From positions 4,319-68,318 of the forward strand of contig JACUUR010000001.1 in assembly GCA_014859205.1 (NCBI GenBank): a DNA stretch of 64,000 bases, written 5' to 3'. The translations under genes and the position numbers were made by a program. Source of the stretch: Dehalococcoidia bacterium (GTDB lineage: Bacteria > Chloroflexota > Dehalococcoidia > GIF9 > AB-539-J10). Below the pieces are notes generated by a model. It made no database searches. It was not told where the DNA came from and was given only the letters and a program-made list of their open reading frames with translations. This document shows, one piece after another, positions 19,220-28,449 of the stretch; the first letter of the stretch is position 1; the number at the start of each line of letters is the position of its first letter.

Positions 19220-20797
19220 GTGGACAAGACTAGCGCAAAGACGATCGGGGAGATATTCCCCTGGCACCCTGATGAGATGTCGGGTGCCAAGCCCGCGAGG
19301 CTGAAGAACTTCATCGACGGCAAATGGGTGGAGGCAAAGAAGTACAAGGACGTTGTCGACCCGGTATCGGGCGAACCCTTCATCCAGATGCCGGACACCA
19401 GCGAAGCAGAACTGCAGCCCTTCATTGAGTCGCTGGCAAGATGCCCCAAGTACGGCCTGCACAATCCGTTGAGAAACCCCGAGAGATATCTGCTATACGG
19501 AAGAGTGAGCGACAAACTGGGCGAGTTCATCAGGAGCAGCGAAGGGGAGAAGTTCTTCACTAGGCTGATCCAGAGGGTCATGCCCAAAGATACCGAGCAA
19601 TGCCGCGGAGAGGTGACCGTCACGGCCACGTTCCTGGAGAACTTCTCGGGAGACCAGGTCAGGTTCCTGGCCAAGGGACAGACCACTCCTGGCGACCACC
19701 TGGGACAGGAGGCCACCGACTACCGCTGGCCATACGGACCGGTGGCTGTGATCACGCCTTTCAACTTCCCTCTGGAGATAATGGGTCTGCAGGTGATGGG
19801 CGCCCTGTTCATGGGCAACAAGCCGATCCTGAAACAGGCCTCGACCACCTCCATTGTGGCCGAAGCCTTCGTCCGGCTGCTTCTTCACTGCGGCATGCCC
19901 GAGCAGGATCTGCTGCTGATCCACTGTGGCGGTCAGGTCATGGAGAAACTGGCAACCAACCCGGTTATCCAGTTCATCCAGTTCACGGGCAGTACAGCCG
20001 TTGCGGAGCGACTCCTGGAGCTAACGGGAGGCAAGTGCCGAATCGAGGATGCCGGATTCGACTGGAAGATAATCGGGCCCAATGTCATCCCCTCTATGGT
20101 AGATGCGGTAGCAGCACAATGTGATAGGGACGCCTATGCGGCAACCGGCCAGAAATGCTCGGCACAGAGCCTGCTGGCAGTACATGAGAACTGGGTGAAC
20201 GCAGGCCTGTTAGAGAAGATAGCTGCGCTCGCTGCCAAGCGCAACCTAAAAGACCTAACCGTTGGTCCCGTACTGACCTGGGACAACGAGATGATTGAGG
20301 CGCACGTGAAGAAGCTGTTGGCCATCCCTGGCGCCAAAGTGCAGTTCGGCGGCAAGCGCCTGACCGGGCATTCGATACCGTCCTGCTACGGTAGCTTTGA
20401 ACCGACTGCCGTCTTCGTGCCGCTGGAGCAGATCATGCCCAATCTCGATGCGGTCGGAACCGAGCTGTTCGGTCCCTTCCAGGTCATAACGACCTGGAAG
20501 TCCAAGGAAGAACTGAAGCTGTTCCCGCAGATATTCAACACCATGACACACCACCTGACTGCCGGAATAGTTGACAATGATCCAGACTTCATAAACTACA
20601 TGCTGGGCCAGACCATCAACGGCACCACTTATGCAGGGATAAAGGCCAGGACTACGGGGGCACCGCAGTGGCACTTCTTCGGTCCGTGCGGTCATCCCGC
20701 GGGCGCCGGTATCGGGACGATAGAGGCCATCAGGAATATCTGGTCACAGAACAGAACGATCATCAAGGACACTAATGCCCTGACTTACACGGGATGA
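19220..20797 (+). CDS. aldehyde dehydrogenase family protein, ALDH4A1-type 1-pyrroline-5-carboxylate dehydrogenase-like
   Basis: ALDH catalytic Cys in GQKCSAQS, Glu-motif region, and N-terminal FIDGKWV typical of P5CDH. GTG start with GGAGG SD. Confidence 0.65.
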   Translation: MDKTSAKTIGEIFPWHPDEMSGAKPARLKNFIDGKWVEAKKYKDVVDPVSGEPFIQMPDTSEAELQPFIESLARCPKYGLHNPLRNPERYLLYGRVSDKLGEFIRSSEGEKFFTRLIQRVMPKDTEQCRGEVTVTATFLENFSGDQVRFLAKGQTTPGDHLGQEATDYRWPYGPVAVITPFNFPLEIMGLQVMGALFMGNKPILKQASTTSIVAEAFVRLLLHCGMPEQDLLLIHCGGQVMEKLATNPVIQFIQFTGSTAVAERLLELTGGKCRIEDAGFDWKIIGPNVIPSMVDAVAAQCDRDAYAATGQKCSAQSLLAVHENWVNAGLLEKIAALAAKRNLKDLTVGPVLTWDNEMIEAHVKKLLAIPGAKVQFGGKRLTGHSIPSCYGSFEPTAVFVPLEQIMPNLDAVGTELFGPFQVITTWKSKEELKLFPQIFNTMTHHLTAGIVDNDPDFINYMLGQTINGTTYAGIKARTTGAPQWHFFGPCGHPAGAGIGTIEAIRNIWSQNRTIIKDTNALTYTG

Positions 20798-20883
20798 TCT
20801 ATGGATAGAGGCAGCGCAGAGGATAGAGCGTCGCAACAGCTTGAGATGAGACGATAGTCGGCAGACGGCTCGGGTAGCAGCAG

Positions 20884-21102
20884 ATGAATAAGATTGAGGT
20901 CTATCAGGCCTGGTGCAAGAGGTGCGGCATCTGCATTGCGTTCTGTCCCAAAGGGGTTCTGGAAGCAGGATCGACGTCATATCCGATTGCAGCGCACCCC
21001 GAAAACTGCACGGGGTGCAACCTGTGCGAACTGAGGTGTCCTGACTGCGCTATTACCGTCTATGAAGATGAGGAAGACCTAGATGGAAACAGTTCTGCTT
21101 GA
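20884..21102 (+). CDS. 2-oxoacid:ferredoxin oxidoreductase delta subunit (2x[4Fe-4S] ferredoxin)
   Basis: 72 aa with two CxxCxxCxxxCP motifs, immediately upstream of the alpha subunit. Confidence 0.85.
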   Translation: MNKIEVYQAWCKRCGICIAFCPKGVLEAGSTSYPIAAHPENCTGCNLCELRCPDCAITVYEDEEDLDGNSSA

Positions 21103-22207
21103 AGGGAATGAAGCCTGTGCAAGAGGAGCCCTGGCCGCCGGCTGCCGCTTCTACGCGGGCTACCCCATAACCCCTTCCACCGAGATCATGGAGTTCATGT
21201 CACGAGAACTCCCCAAGTTGGGCGGCATGTTCATACAGATGGAGGACGAGATGGGCTCCATGGGCGCCGTCATCGGGGCATCGCTGGCTGGTGTAAAGGC
21301 GATGACGGCCACCAGCGGGCCGGGATTCTCGCTCATGCAAGAACACATAGGCTTCGCCTCCATGGCCGAGGTTCCCTGCGTGATTGCACTCGTCATGCGG
21401 GGCGGACCCAGCACGGGTCTTCCCACCCAGCCATCGCAGGCAGATGTCATGCAGGCTGCCTGGGGAACACACGGCGACCACCCTGTCATTGTCCTCTCCG
21501 CCTCGTCAGCTTATGAAACGTTCGACCTCACCATCAAGGCCTTCAACCTGGCGGAGAGATATCGAACGCCCGTGATAATGATGACGGACGCCATAGTGGC
21601 CCATACCAGAGAGGCGGTGACACTGCCCGACGCAGACGTGGAGATCGAAGACCGGCCACAGCCAACGGGCACCCCGGAGGAGTTCATGGCCTACGCCGAC
21701 CCGGGCAATGGCGTCCCTCCCATGCCTCCCTTTGGAGACGGATACCGCTACCATGTCACCGGCCTTTGCCACGATGTGCGTGGGTTTCCCACCACCCGTA
21801 GCGACGAAGTGGACTTCCTGCTGCGGCGGCTGCTATCGAAGATCACGCGGGATTCTGATCGACTTCAGTGGTTTGATCGCTGGCATGAGAATTCTGAGAC
21901 CATGGTCATAGCTCATGGCTGCGTTGCCCGTGCTGCGCTGAGGGCAGTCAGACAAGTAAGAGACAAGGGCCTGGATGTGGGACTGATCAAACCGAAGATT
22001 CTATGGCCTTTCATGTCTACCACAATAAGCAACGTGCTCGACAACTGCCGCAGAGTGCTTGTGCCGGAGATGAACTTCGGGCAAATCTCACGGGAGGTAG
22101 AGCGCGTGAATCAGGGCAGATGCGAGATCGTCACCCTCAACAAAGTGGACGGAACAGCCATAACGCCTCCTGAGATAGTTCAGAAGCTTGAGGAGATGCA
22201 GCTATGA
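21083..22207 (+). CDS. 2-oxoacid:ferredoxin oxidoreductase alpha subunit
   Basis: POR/KOR N-terminal domain (YAGYPITPSTEIMEFM). Confidence 0.88.
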   Translation: METVLLEGNEACARGALAAGCRFYAGYPITPSTEIMEFMSRELPKLGGMFIQMEDEMGSMGAVIGASLAGVKAMTATSGPGFSLMQEHIGFASMAEVPCVIALVMRGGPSTGLPTQPSQADVMQAAWGTHGDHPVIVLSASSAYETFDLTIKAFNLAERYRTPVIMMTDAIVAHTREAVTLPDADVEIEDRPQPTGTPEEFMAYADPGNGVPPMPPFGDGYRYHVTGLCHDVRGFPTTRSDEVDFLLRRLLSKITRDSDRLQWFDRWHENSETMVIAHGCVARAALRAVRQVRDKGLDVGLIKPKILWPFMSTTISNVLDNCRRVLVPEMNFGQISREVERVNQGRCEIVTLNKVDGTAITPPEIVQKLEEMQL

Positions 22208-23031
22208 AACACAAAGAGCACTTGATCCGCAAGTATCTGCGCCCCAGCAAGAAGATGCCCACTATCTGGTGTCCTGGCTGCGGAATCGGCATATTCATGC
22301 AGGCCCTGATCAGGGCCATCGACAGAAGCGGATACGGTAAGGACGATGTGGTCATGGTTTCAGGCATCGGGTGTTCCAGCCGCATTCCTATCTATCTGGA
22401 CTTCAACACACTGCACACCACTCACGGCAGGGCGCTCACTTTCGCCACGGGGATAAAGCTGGCCAGGCCCCACCTGAAGGTGATCACCATAATGGGCGAC
22501 GGCGACGCTGTGGCCATCGGTGGAAACCACCTCATCCATGCCGCCAAGCGCAATATCGACGTTTCAGCCTTCGTCATTAACAACCAGGTCTACGGTATGA
22601 CGGGGGGACAGTGCTCCCCGACCACTGCCCACGGTACCAGGACGACCTCTTCGCCCTACGGAAACCTCGAGTCCGCTTTCGACATCTCGCGGCTGGTTGA
22701 GGCCGCGGGAGCGGCCATGGTAGGCAGAGCAACCGTTTACCATACCCCTCTGCTCGACCGCCTCATAGATATGGCCCTGCATAAGAAGGGATTCGCCATG
22801 GTGGAGGTAATCGCCCAGTGTGTCACGTATTCGGGACGCTGGCTGGGACTGACCTCTCCGGCCGATATGATGCTGTGGCAGAGAGACAACTGCGTCAGAG
22901 TAGAGCGCGCCCAGGAGATGACAGAGGAGGAACTGGCCGACAAGATAGTCATCGGTGTCTTGAGCGACCGAGAAAGGCCAACCTATAGTCATGAGTACAG
23001 AAAACTGTTCGCAGAGCTATCCAAGGTATGA
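22204..23031 (+). CDS. 2-oxoacid:ferredoxin oxidoreductase beta subunit (TPP-binding)
   Basis: CPGCG Fe-S/TPP motif and GDGD TPP-binding motif. ATGA overlap with the alpha subunit. Confidence 0.88.
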   Translation: MKHKEHLIRKYLRPSKKMPTIWCPGCGIGIFMQALIRAIDRSGYGKDDVVMVSGIGCSSRIPIYLDFNTLHTTHGRALTFATGIKLARPHLKVITIMGDGDAVAIGGNHLIHAAKRNIDVSAFVINNQVYGMTGGQCSPTTAHGTRTTSSPYGNLESAFDISRLVEAAGAAMVGRATVYHTPLLDRLIDMALHKKGFAMVEVIAQCVTYSGRWLGLTSPADMMLWQRDNCVRVERAQEMTEEELADKIVIGVLSDRERPTYSHEYRKLFAELSKV

Positions 23032-23590
23032 GATAAGAATTGCCGGTTCGGGAGGGCAGGGGATTCTACTGGCCGGGATAATCCTGGCCGAGGCCGCCCT
23101 GCTGGACCGCAAATACGTCGCCCAGACCGCCAACTACGGCCCTGAGGCCAGGGGAGGCAACTCTATCTCTGAGGTCGTGATAAGCGATGGCGAGATCGAC
23201 TATCCCTCGGCGCTGGAGGTGGACCTGCTGGTTGCTCTCAGTCAGGAGGCCTGCGACCGCAATCTGGCAGGTGTGAAGGAGGGAGGCTCGGTGATTGTGG
23301 ACTCCAACCTGGTTCCCAATGTTCCCTGGCAGACGGCGGCATGTCTGCCCTTCGGCGAGATCGCCCGCAAAGCGGGCGAAAAACGGGCCATCAATATGGC
23401 AGCCCTTGGTGCCGTGGCCTCGTTCTGTCCGGCCGTCTCCGCCGATTCTATCATCGCGGTCATGGCCAAGCGACTCCCGGCAGCCAAGGTGGAGATCAAC
23501 CAGCAGGCCTTTAACGAAGCGCGACAGGCCGCCGATAATCTCAGAGCACAGTCACAGGCATACCAGAACCAGAGCGAAGCTGACGCCTAG
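22991..23590 (+). CDS. 2-oxoacid:ferredoxin oxidoreductase gamma subunit
   Basis: IRIAGSGGQG motif of the POR gamma family. 41-nt overlap with the beta subunit. Confidence 0.85.
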   Translation: MSTENCSQSYPRYEIRIAGSGGQGILLAGIILAEAALLDRKYVAQTANYGPEARGGNSISEVVISDGEIDYPSALEVDLLVALSQEACDRNLAGVKEGGSVIVDSNLVPNVPWQTAACLPFGEIARKAGEKRAINMAALGAVASFCPAVSADSIIAVMAKRLPAAKVEINQQAFNEARQAADNLRAQSQAYQNQSEADA

Positions 23591-23610
23591 GAAGGCGACC
23601 GAGCAGTTAT

Positions 23611-23628
23611 CGCTGAGAGCTCTCAGCG
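23611..23628. terminator. perfect 18-bp palindrome CGCTGAGAGCTCTCAGCG between convergent korC-type and beta-helix genes (candidate bidirectional terminator)
   Basis: Seen directly in the sequence. No strong U-tract on either side. Confidence 0.35.
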
Positions 23629-23670
23629 GTGCCCGTCAAAACCCGAATCGCTCGCAGCCGCAACATTATG

Positions 23671-25434
23671 TCAGGAGTTGCTCGGCCACCATCGGTCTTG
23701 ACTCCAAGTCAGAACTACCACAATCGGATCAACAAAGCCCACCCTTACCAGCGTACGAAGAGGCTCGCACCTAGAGATGAAGTCGGCTATGGGAGGACTG
23801 ACGCTGTAGTAGACCGACACGAAACTCGCCCCAAGGCTATTGGGCAGCAGCACCGCGTCCCTGAAGTCCCTCAGGACGTCTATCTCATCGGCAGCATCGG
23901 TACCGTAGACCGCGGTCGAGATGAAACACCCACACCCATTCGGCACACCCGGCGAGGACCCGTAGCCGCCAAACGGTGTCCCGCCCAGGTCGGCCAGGGA
24001 CGGCGTGGTGTCGCTCGTGATCTTCGCCCAGATATACTTGTCGGAGGTATTCACCCAGGTATCCGAACACTGTTTCCACTCTGTGCCATCCCACCACAGC
24101 AGCCTGAAGAATGTCTGGTATAACTGGCTGACGTTTTCCACTTCAGCGTCCGTATAGTGAAGCCTAATCTCAACCTCGGCAACGTCCTGGGTGTCGGCAA
24201 CGCGAACATCGATATACTTGCCCAGTGTGATGAACCGCGAAGGCGCGGCATCCTCAGGATTCTCGGCGTACTTGGCGACGGTCACCGTGGCACCGATTAT
24301 GTCAACCTCAGTCTCAGCCTCCGTATTCAGGGTCCTGGCAGTCGTCGCAGCCGGCGTTCGCATCGTCACCCACACCTCGGTGTCGGCCTGGTCCAAAGCA
24401 TTGACGACACCATCAGCGGTCAACGTCGCTGTCACTACATCGGCCACCACCCAGGGCCGGAAATCCACATTATTGCTGACGGCATTACCCCTGCCGGTGA
24501 CATTCTCTGTAGGGTGAAATGGTCCGGTACCATGCCCCCACCAGTTATGGAGGGCGTCCACCCTCTGGCCTCCATCATTGAAGACGCCCAGCGCAGCGTT
24601 GCCAACGATGTTATTGAAGTGGGCCTCCACGACCGAGCTATCACAGACGTAGATGCCTATGTCATTGTTGTCAGTGATGGTGCACCCTTTCACCTTTGCG
24701 ACCGCCGGTCCCTGCCAATCATCGCCCGGTATCCCCACCACGATTCCCACACCACTGTCCATGATGCCGAAGCCGCCGTTGCCTGTCATTCTTGTGATAG
24801 TACAGCCATCAAGATCGGCCTCCGCATCCCAGATAATAATGCCCGCCATCGAGTTCCTGACCGTCACGTCTGCCAGATTCACCGAGGGCTCGCGTGCGTG
24901 TCCTATGATAGCCACTCCCACACCTAGTTCTGCCCCGAAGGTATTCTCCACCCTCACATTGGCAATTCTGCCTGTGCTGCCAACATAGGCGATGCCCACA
25001 GCCACTTCTCGGTACACGTCCAGTTCGCTGAGTGCAGCTCCGTCAAAGTCAATGCCTCGGATGATGATGTTGTGCGAGTCCTTGACAGCGGCCATGCTCC
25101 ATGCATCTCCTATCGGCCCGCGATCTATCGCGAACCAATCGCCTGCAACGACGGTTGCTCCTGCATCGCCAATTATGCTTATGTTGGTCTTGTTAACCAT
25201 CGAGAAGGCCCCGTAGTTGCCTGCTGCCACCCTGACCATATCGCCATCACGGGCAGCCTCAACAGCATCCTGGATATCGGCAAAGGCGCTGGTCCAACTA
25301 AGGCCCGTCTCATCCCCAGCGCCACCCTCGACGACATACCATGTCGTCGAGCTGGCGGCCGCCGGCAGAGCCGGGACCACTGTCAGGCTCAACACCAGTG
25401 CCAGGACAAATAGGCTAGTGAGTATCTTCTTCAC
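23671..25434 (-). CDS. secreted right-handed parallel beta-helix protein (NosD / pectate-lyase-like repeats) with a conserved C-terminal 'CFI-AAYG' domain
   Basis: GTG start behind AAGGAGAGAGA. Signal peptide MKKILTSLFVLALVLSLTVVPALPAAAS. Beta-helix repeat periodicity. The last ~85 aa are shared with 25826..28105. Confidence 0.8.
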   Translation of the reverse strand: MKKILTSLFVLALVLSLTVVPALPAAASSTTWYVVEGGAGDETGLSWTSAFADIQDAVEAARDGDMVRVAAGNYGAFSMVNKTNISIIGDAGATVVAGDWFAIDRGPIGDAWSMAAVKDSHNIIIRGIDFDGAALSELDVYREVAVGIAYVGSTGRIANVRVENTFGAELGVGVAIIGHAREPSVNLADVTVRNSMAGIIIWDAEADLDGCTITRMTGNGGFGIMDSGVGIVVGIPGDDWQGPAVAKVKGCTITDNNDIGIYVCDSSVVEAHFNNIVGNAALGVFNDGGQRVDALHNWWGHGTGPFHPTENVTGRGNAVSNNVDFRPWVVADVVTATLTADGVVNALDQADTEVWVTMRTPAATTARTLNTEAETEVDIIGATVTVAKYAENPEDAAPSRFITLGKYIDVRVADTQDVAEVEIRLHYTDAEVENVSQLYQTFFRLLWWDGTEWKQCSDTWVNTSDKYIWAKITSDTTPSLADLGGTPFGGYGSSPGVPNGCGCFISTAVYGTDAADEIDVLRDFRDAVLLPNSLGASFVSVYYSVSPPIADFISRCEPLRTLVRVGFVDPIVVVLTWSQDRWWPSNS

Positions 25435-25548
25435 GTCTCTCTCCTTTTGCTTTATCTCTATTGCCTTGTCGCCCCTTCGACCCGGGGCATGGCGGCCTCT
25501 CTATCGCAAATCTCTGACTTCCATCATAGGCATCAACCCGCTGAGAAA

Positions 25549-25575
25549 CGAAAAACCGGCCCGCTGAAGGCCGAT
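25549..25575 (-). promoter_or_regulatory. terminator-like hairpin plus U-tract inside the leader of beta-helix gene 1 (CGGCC-N7-GGCCG then GUUUUUCGUUUCUC), about 120 nt upstream of the start codon
   Basis: Read on the minus strand. An analogous element sits at the equivalent position in the gene 2 leader. Confidence 0.4.
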
Positions 25576-25754
25576 CTGGACATGGACCTCTGAACAGACA
25601 GAGTTCCGCGGAAGCGCGGCTTCCTGTAACTGCACCTTACCTCCCTTCTCCGCGATTGCCTCATTACCACTCCTGGACTGCCGCTCAACGTATGGCGTGA
25701 TCAACAGGCGGGTTTGGCCAGAATTGCGACCACTCGCCAATGAACTAAGAATAT

Positions 25755-25786
25755 GTTAACAGGTAAGTGTTAAGATATTATTAAGG
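25755..25786 (-). promoter_or_regulatory. direct repeats GTTAACA / GTTAAGA / ATTAAGG about 330 nt upstream of beta-helix gene 1
   Basis: AT-rich heptamer repeats in a roughly 60% GC background. Paralogous repeats (GTTAAGA x2) lie upstream of gene 2 at the same distance. Confidence 0.4.
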
Positions 25787-25825
25787 TCTGCGGACGACAA
25801 TGAAGCAGGCGGAGTGCGACCCCGC

Positions 25826-28105
25826 CTAATAGCCCCACTCTGACCAAGAGTGCCGGCTCCAGTTCAAGACAGAGACAATCGGCTCAACAAGACCGGCGCG
25901 CACCACTGCCCTGAGCGGCTCATTGCGGGAGATCAAAAGGGCAACGGGACGACTGACCCTATAGTAGAGGGACACAAACCCTGCACCCAGGCTGTTGGAT
26001 AGTAGAACCTGATCCCTGAACTCCCTCAGAATATCTATCTGATCGGCGGTATCCGTACCGTAGGCTGCGCTGGCGATGAAGCACATCATGCTCCTGAACC
26101 TGGCAGTTATGGAGTAGTCGCCGTCCATGGTGATGGTGGTCACAGGGGCTCTGACATTGGCAATGGTGTCCACGTCACCCGTCCACCTGTCAAACTCGTA
26201 GCCATCATCTGGAGTCGCCTCCAGGCCGACCTCAGTGCCGGGCGCATAGACGAAAGCCCTCTCGCCCGGACTAGTTACCACGCCTCGAGCGTCGCTCGAG
26301 ACCTTCAATGTGCGGAGAGGAGCACCCAGCCAGGGCTGGAAAACCACATCGTTGCTGACGCCATTACCAGTTGCCCCGGGATTGGCTGATGCATGGTACG
26401 GCCCGCTGGCATCACCCCACCAGTTGTCCGTGGCGTCACCAGTAACAGCGCTATCTCTTACTAGCAGCCCGTATTCGCCGTTCTCCACGATGTCGTTGAA
26501 GTTGATCAGCACGGCACTGCCGGCGCCAATGGCTGCCAGATGGATTCCATACTCGTTGTTCTGGCGTATTCTGTTGTACACAATGGTTACAGTGCTGTTG
26601 TCCCCAAGTCCATCGGGACAGGTATCCACGCCGGCAGTAGCACCGGCAAGGATGTTCTCCCTGACGGTGACCTGGCTGCCATCCTCAAGGCAGAGCCTCA
26701 AGGCATAATCACGACCATCGGCCTGGACGGTGAACCCGACGCCATCCCCACCAAGGAAGACTATCTCATCGGTCAAATCCACGCTTACAGAGCCGATGAT
26801 GGCCGTCGCCTCAGCCCCGTTCGCAGACCTGATGGTCAGCGACTTACCGATACCCAAGTCCTCCCTGTATTCGCCCTCCGTCACTACGATTGTATCACCG
26901 GAGGTCGCCAGATCAACGGCGTACTGAATAGAGCCGGTGGGGTCCACTCCCCAGGTCATCGGCTCAGTGCCAGTCTCAGCCCCCAGCCATGGCGAGTAGA
27001 AAACCCTTGCCGAGACGCGATCTCGATTACCGGGTCCCAATCCACCGGGGCCGTCCACATGACCCCACCAGTTACCGATGGCATCCAGATCCAAGGGGCC
27101 ATCGTTACGCACACCCCGCGAGGAATTGCCGAATATTCTATTGAAGCTGACTCTAAGGTCGATCTGCCTATCGTCGGGGTACTCCGGAAGAGGAGGAAAC
27201 ACATATATGCCGTAGAGATTCCCGGTGAAGGTGTTCCCCTCCACGGTCACATTAGTAGAAGGAAACCGGTCGAGACGATGCGCGAAGCTCAGGCCCGCGC
27301 CTTTGACATAACCACTCACTATGTTGTTCCTGACCACGGTATCCAGGAACTGCCCCCTGATGCCTTCTCCTTCGGTGATTACGCTATCCGTGGTCTGGCA
27401 CAGCACCTGGTTGCCTTCCACAAGCGAATACTGGAGATACCCGATTATGCCATACCTCACGTTTACGATCAGGTTGTTCCTGAAGAGCGCTATGGTGGGA
27501 TCAACGGGCCGTAAGGCGCCCGCGTTGATGCCGTACCTGGCGTTTTCAACATAGCAGTACTCGATGGTAGCCTCCTTCGTGAAGGTGAGGCTGAGCCCGA
27601 ACTGTTCGGAGTTCAGGGCGCGTACGTTCCTGACAACGATCTCAGCCGCCAGCGGTTTTCGATCAGGGTCAGGCGTGGACATAGCATGGAAGGTGTTCTG
27701 GATGGTCAACCCGTCGATCACCACCTCACGGTCGGTATCGTTGATTATGCTTATGCCGATCACTTCACGATAGTCTGCGTCAATGATCGTCTCGGGGCCG
27801 GTACGGTCCCGTGCGTCAACTCCGGCCTGGGCACCCTTCAAGGTCAACGATTTGTCGATGACGACATTTTCTTTGTACAGGCCCGCCGCCACCACGACTG
27901 TATCTCTTTCGCCGGCATGATCAATGGCGTACTGTATGGTAGCGAACGCGTCTCCGCCTGGCCCGGTGCCCTTGCCCTGATCATCCTCGCCCAACGAGCC
28001 ATCGACATACCACGTGGAATTGCTGGCCGCCACCGGCACCCCCGGCACCAGGATCGGGTCGCCGACCAGCACGATTAGCAACAGGATACCGAATATCTTC
28101 TTCAT
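25826..28105 (-). CDS. secreted parallel beta-helix protein (two beta-helix regions) with an InlB-B-repeat-like module and the conserved C-terminal 'CFI-AAYG' domain; start taken at ATG 28105 (MKKIFGILLL...) rather than the track start 28180
   Basis: AAGGAGAGAG SD is 3 nt before ATG 28105, followed by a signal peptide. C-terminal 85 aa are about 65% identical to 23671..23925. Confidence 0.8.
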   Translation of the reverse strand: MKKIFGILLLIVLVGDPILVPGVPVAASNSTWYVDGSLGEDDQGKGTGPGGDAFATIQYAIDHAGERDTVVVAAGLYKENVVIDKSLTLKGAQAGVDARDRTGPETIIDADYREVIGISIINDTDREVVIDGLTIQNTFHAMSTPDPDRKPLAAEIVVRNVRALNSEQFGLSLTFTKEATIEYCYVENARYGINAGALRPVDPTIALFRNNLIVNVRYGIIGYLQYSLVEGNQVLCQTTDSVITEGEGIRGQFLDTVVRNNIVSGYVKGAGLSFAHRLDRFPSTNVTVEGNTFTGNLYGIYVFPPLPEYPDDRQIDLRVSFNRIFGNSSRGVRNDGPLDLDAIGNWWGHVDGPGGLGPGNRDRVSARVFYSPWLGAETGTEPMTWGVDPTGSIQYAVDLATSGDTIVVTEGEYREDLGIGKSLTIRSANGAEATAIIGSVSVDLTDEIVFLGGDGVGFTVQADGRDYALRLCLEDGSQVTVRENILAGATAGVDTCPDGLGDNSTVTIVYNRIRQNNEYGIHLAAIGAGSAVLINFNDIVENGEYGLLVRDSAVTGDATDNWWGDASGPYHASANPGATGNGVSNDVVFQPWLGAPLRTLKVSSDARGVVTSPGERAFVYAPGTEVGLEATPDDGYEFDRWTGDVDTIANVRAPVTTITMDGDYSITARFRSMMCFIASAAYGTDTADQIDILREFRDQVLLSNSLGAGFVSLYYRVSRPVALLISRNEPLRAVVRAGLVEPIVSVLNWSRHSWSEWGY

Positions 28106-28210
28106 CTCTCTCCTTATAGACGCTCCTTCTAATCGCTCTTCGTCACTAGGCCGGAGACATGGTGACCTTTCCTCACACAACCCGCACTCTCTCAGACATC
28201 AAGCCGCCGA

Positions 28211-28240
28211 CAACACAGAACCGGCCCCTGGGGGACCGGT
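28211..28240 (-). promoter_or_regulatory. terminator-like hairpin (CCGGUCCCC / GGGGCCGG) plus U-rich tract in the leader of beta-helix gene 2
   Basis: Same position and downstream GG(C/G)TTGATG(C/T)CT box as in the gene 1 leader. Confidence 0.35.
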
Positions 28241-28431
28241 CTCATCGTGAACAGCTCCCGCGCGAGTAGCCCTGTGAAGCGGCCACCCTGCAACCCCTGT
28301 GATAGGTCTTCCTTGCAATTCGCTCGCATTGGCTCCCCGATTACCAGTGGGCACGTGGCATAGGCAAAAGCCGATATCTCCCAGGACATCCATAAGTCAA
28401 CAGGGAACAACAAATATGGTAGCATCCAACT

Positions 28432-28449
28432 GTTAAGATTCTGTTAAGA
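28432..28449 (-). promoter_or_regulatory. direct repeat GTTAAGA-N4-GTTAAGA about 335 nt upstream of beta-helix gene 2
   Basis: Matches the repeat upstream of gene 1. Candidate transcription-factor site. Confidence 0.4.

Noticed and set aside
25435-25825. c-di-GMP-I (GEMM) riboswitch in the beta-helix gene 1 leader, prompted by GGCCAAACC and CGCAAT strings
   Set aside because: Element order is reversed relative to the GEMM consensus, and the GNRA tetraloop/receptor features are not evident. Kept only as a generic structured-leader hypothesis.
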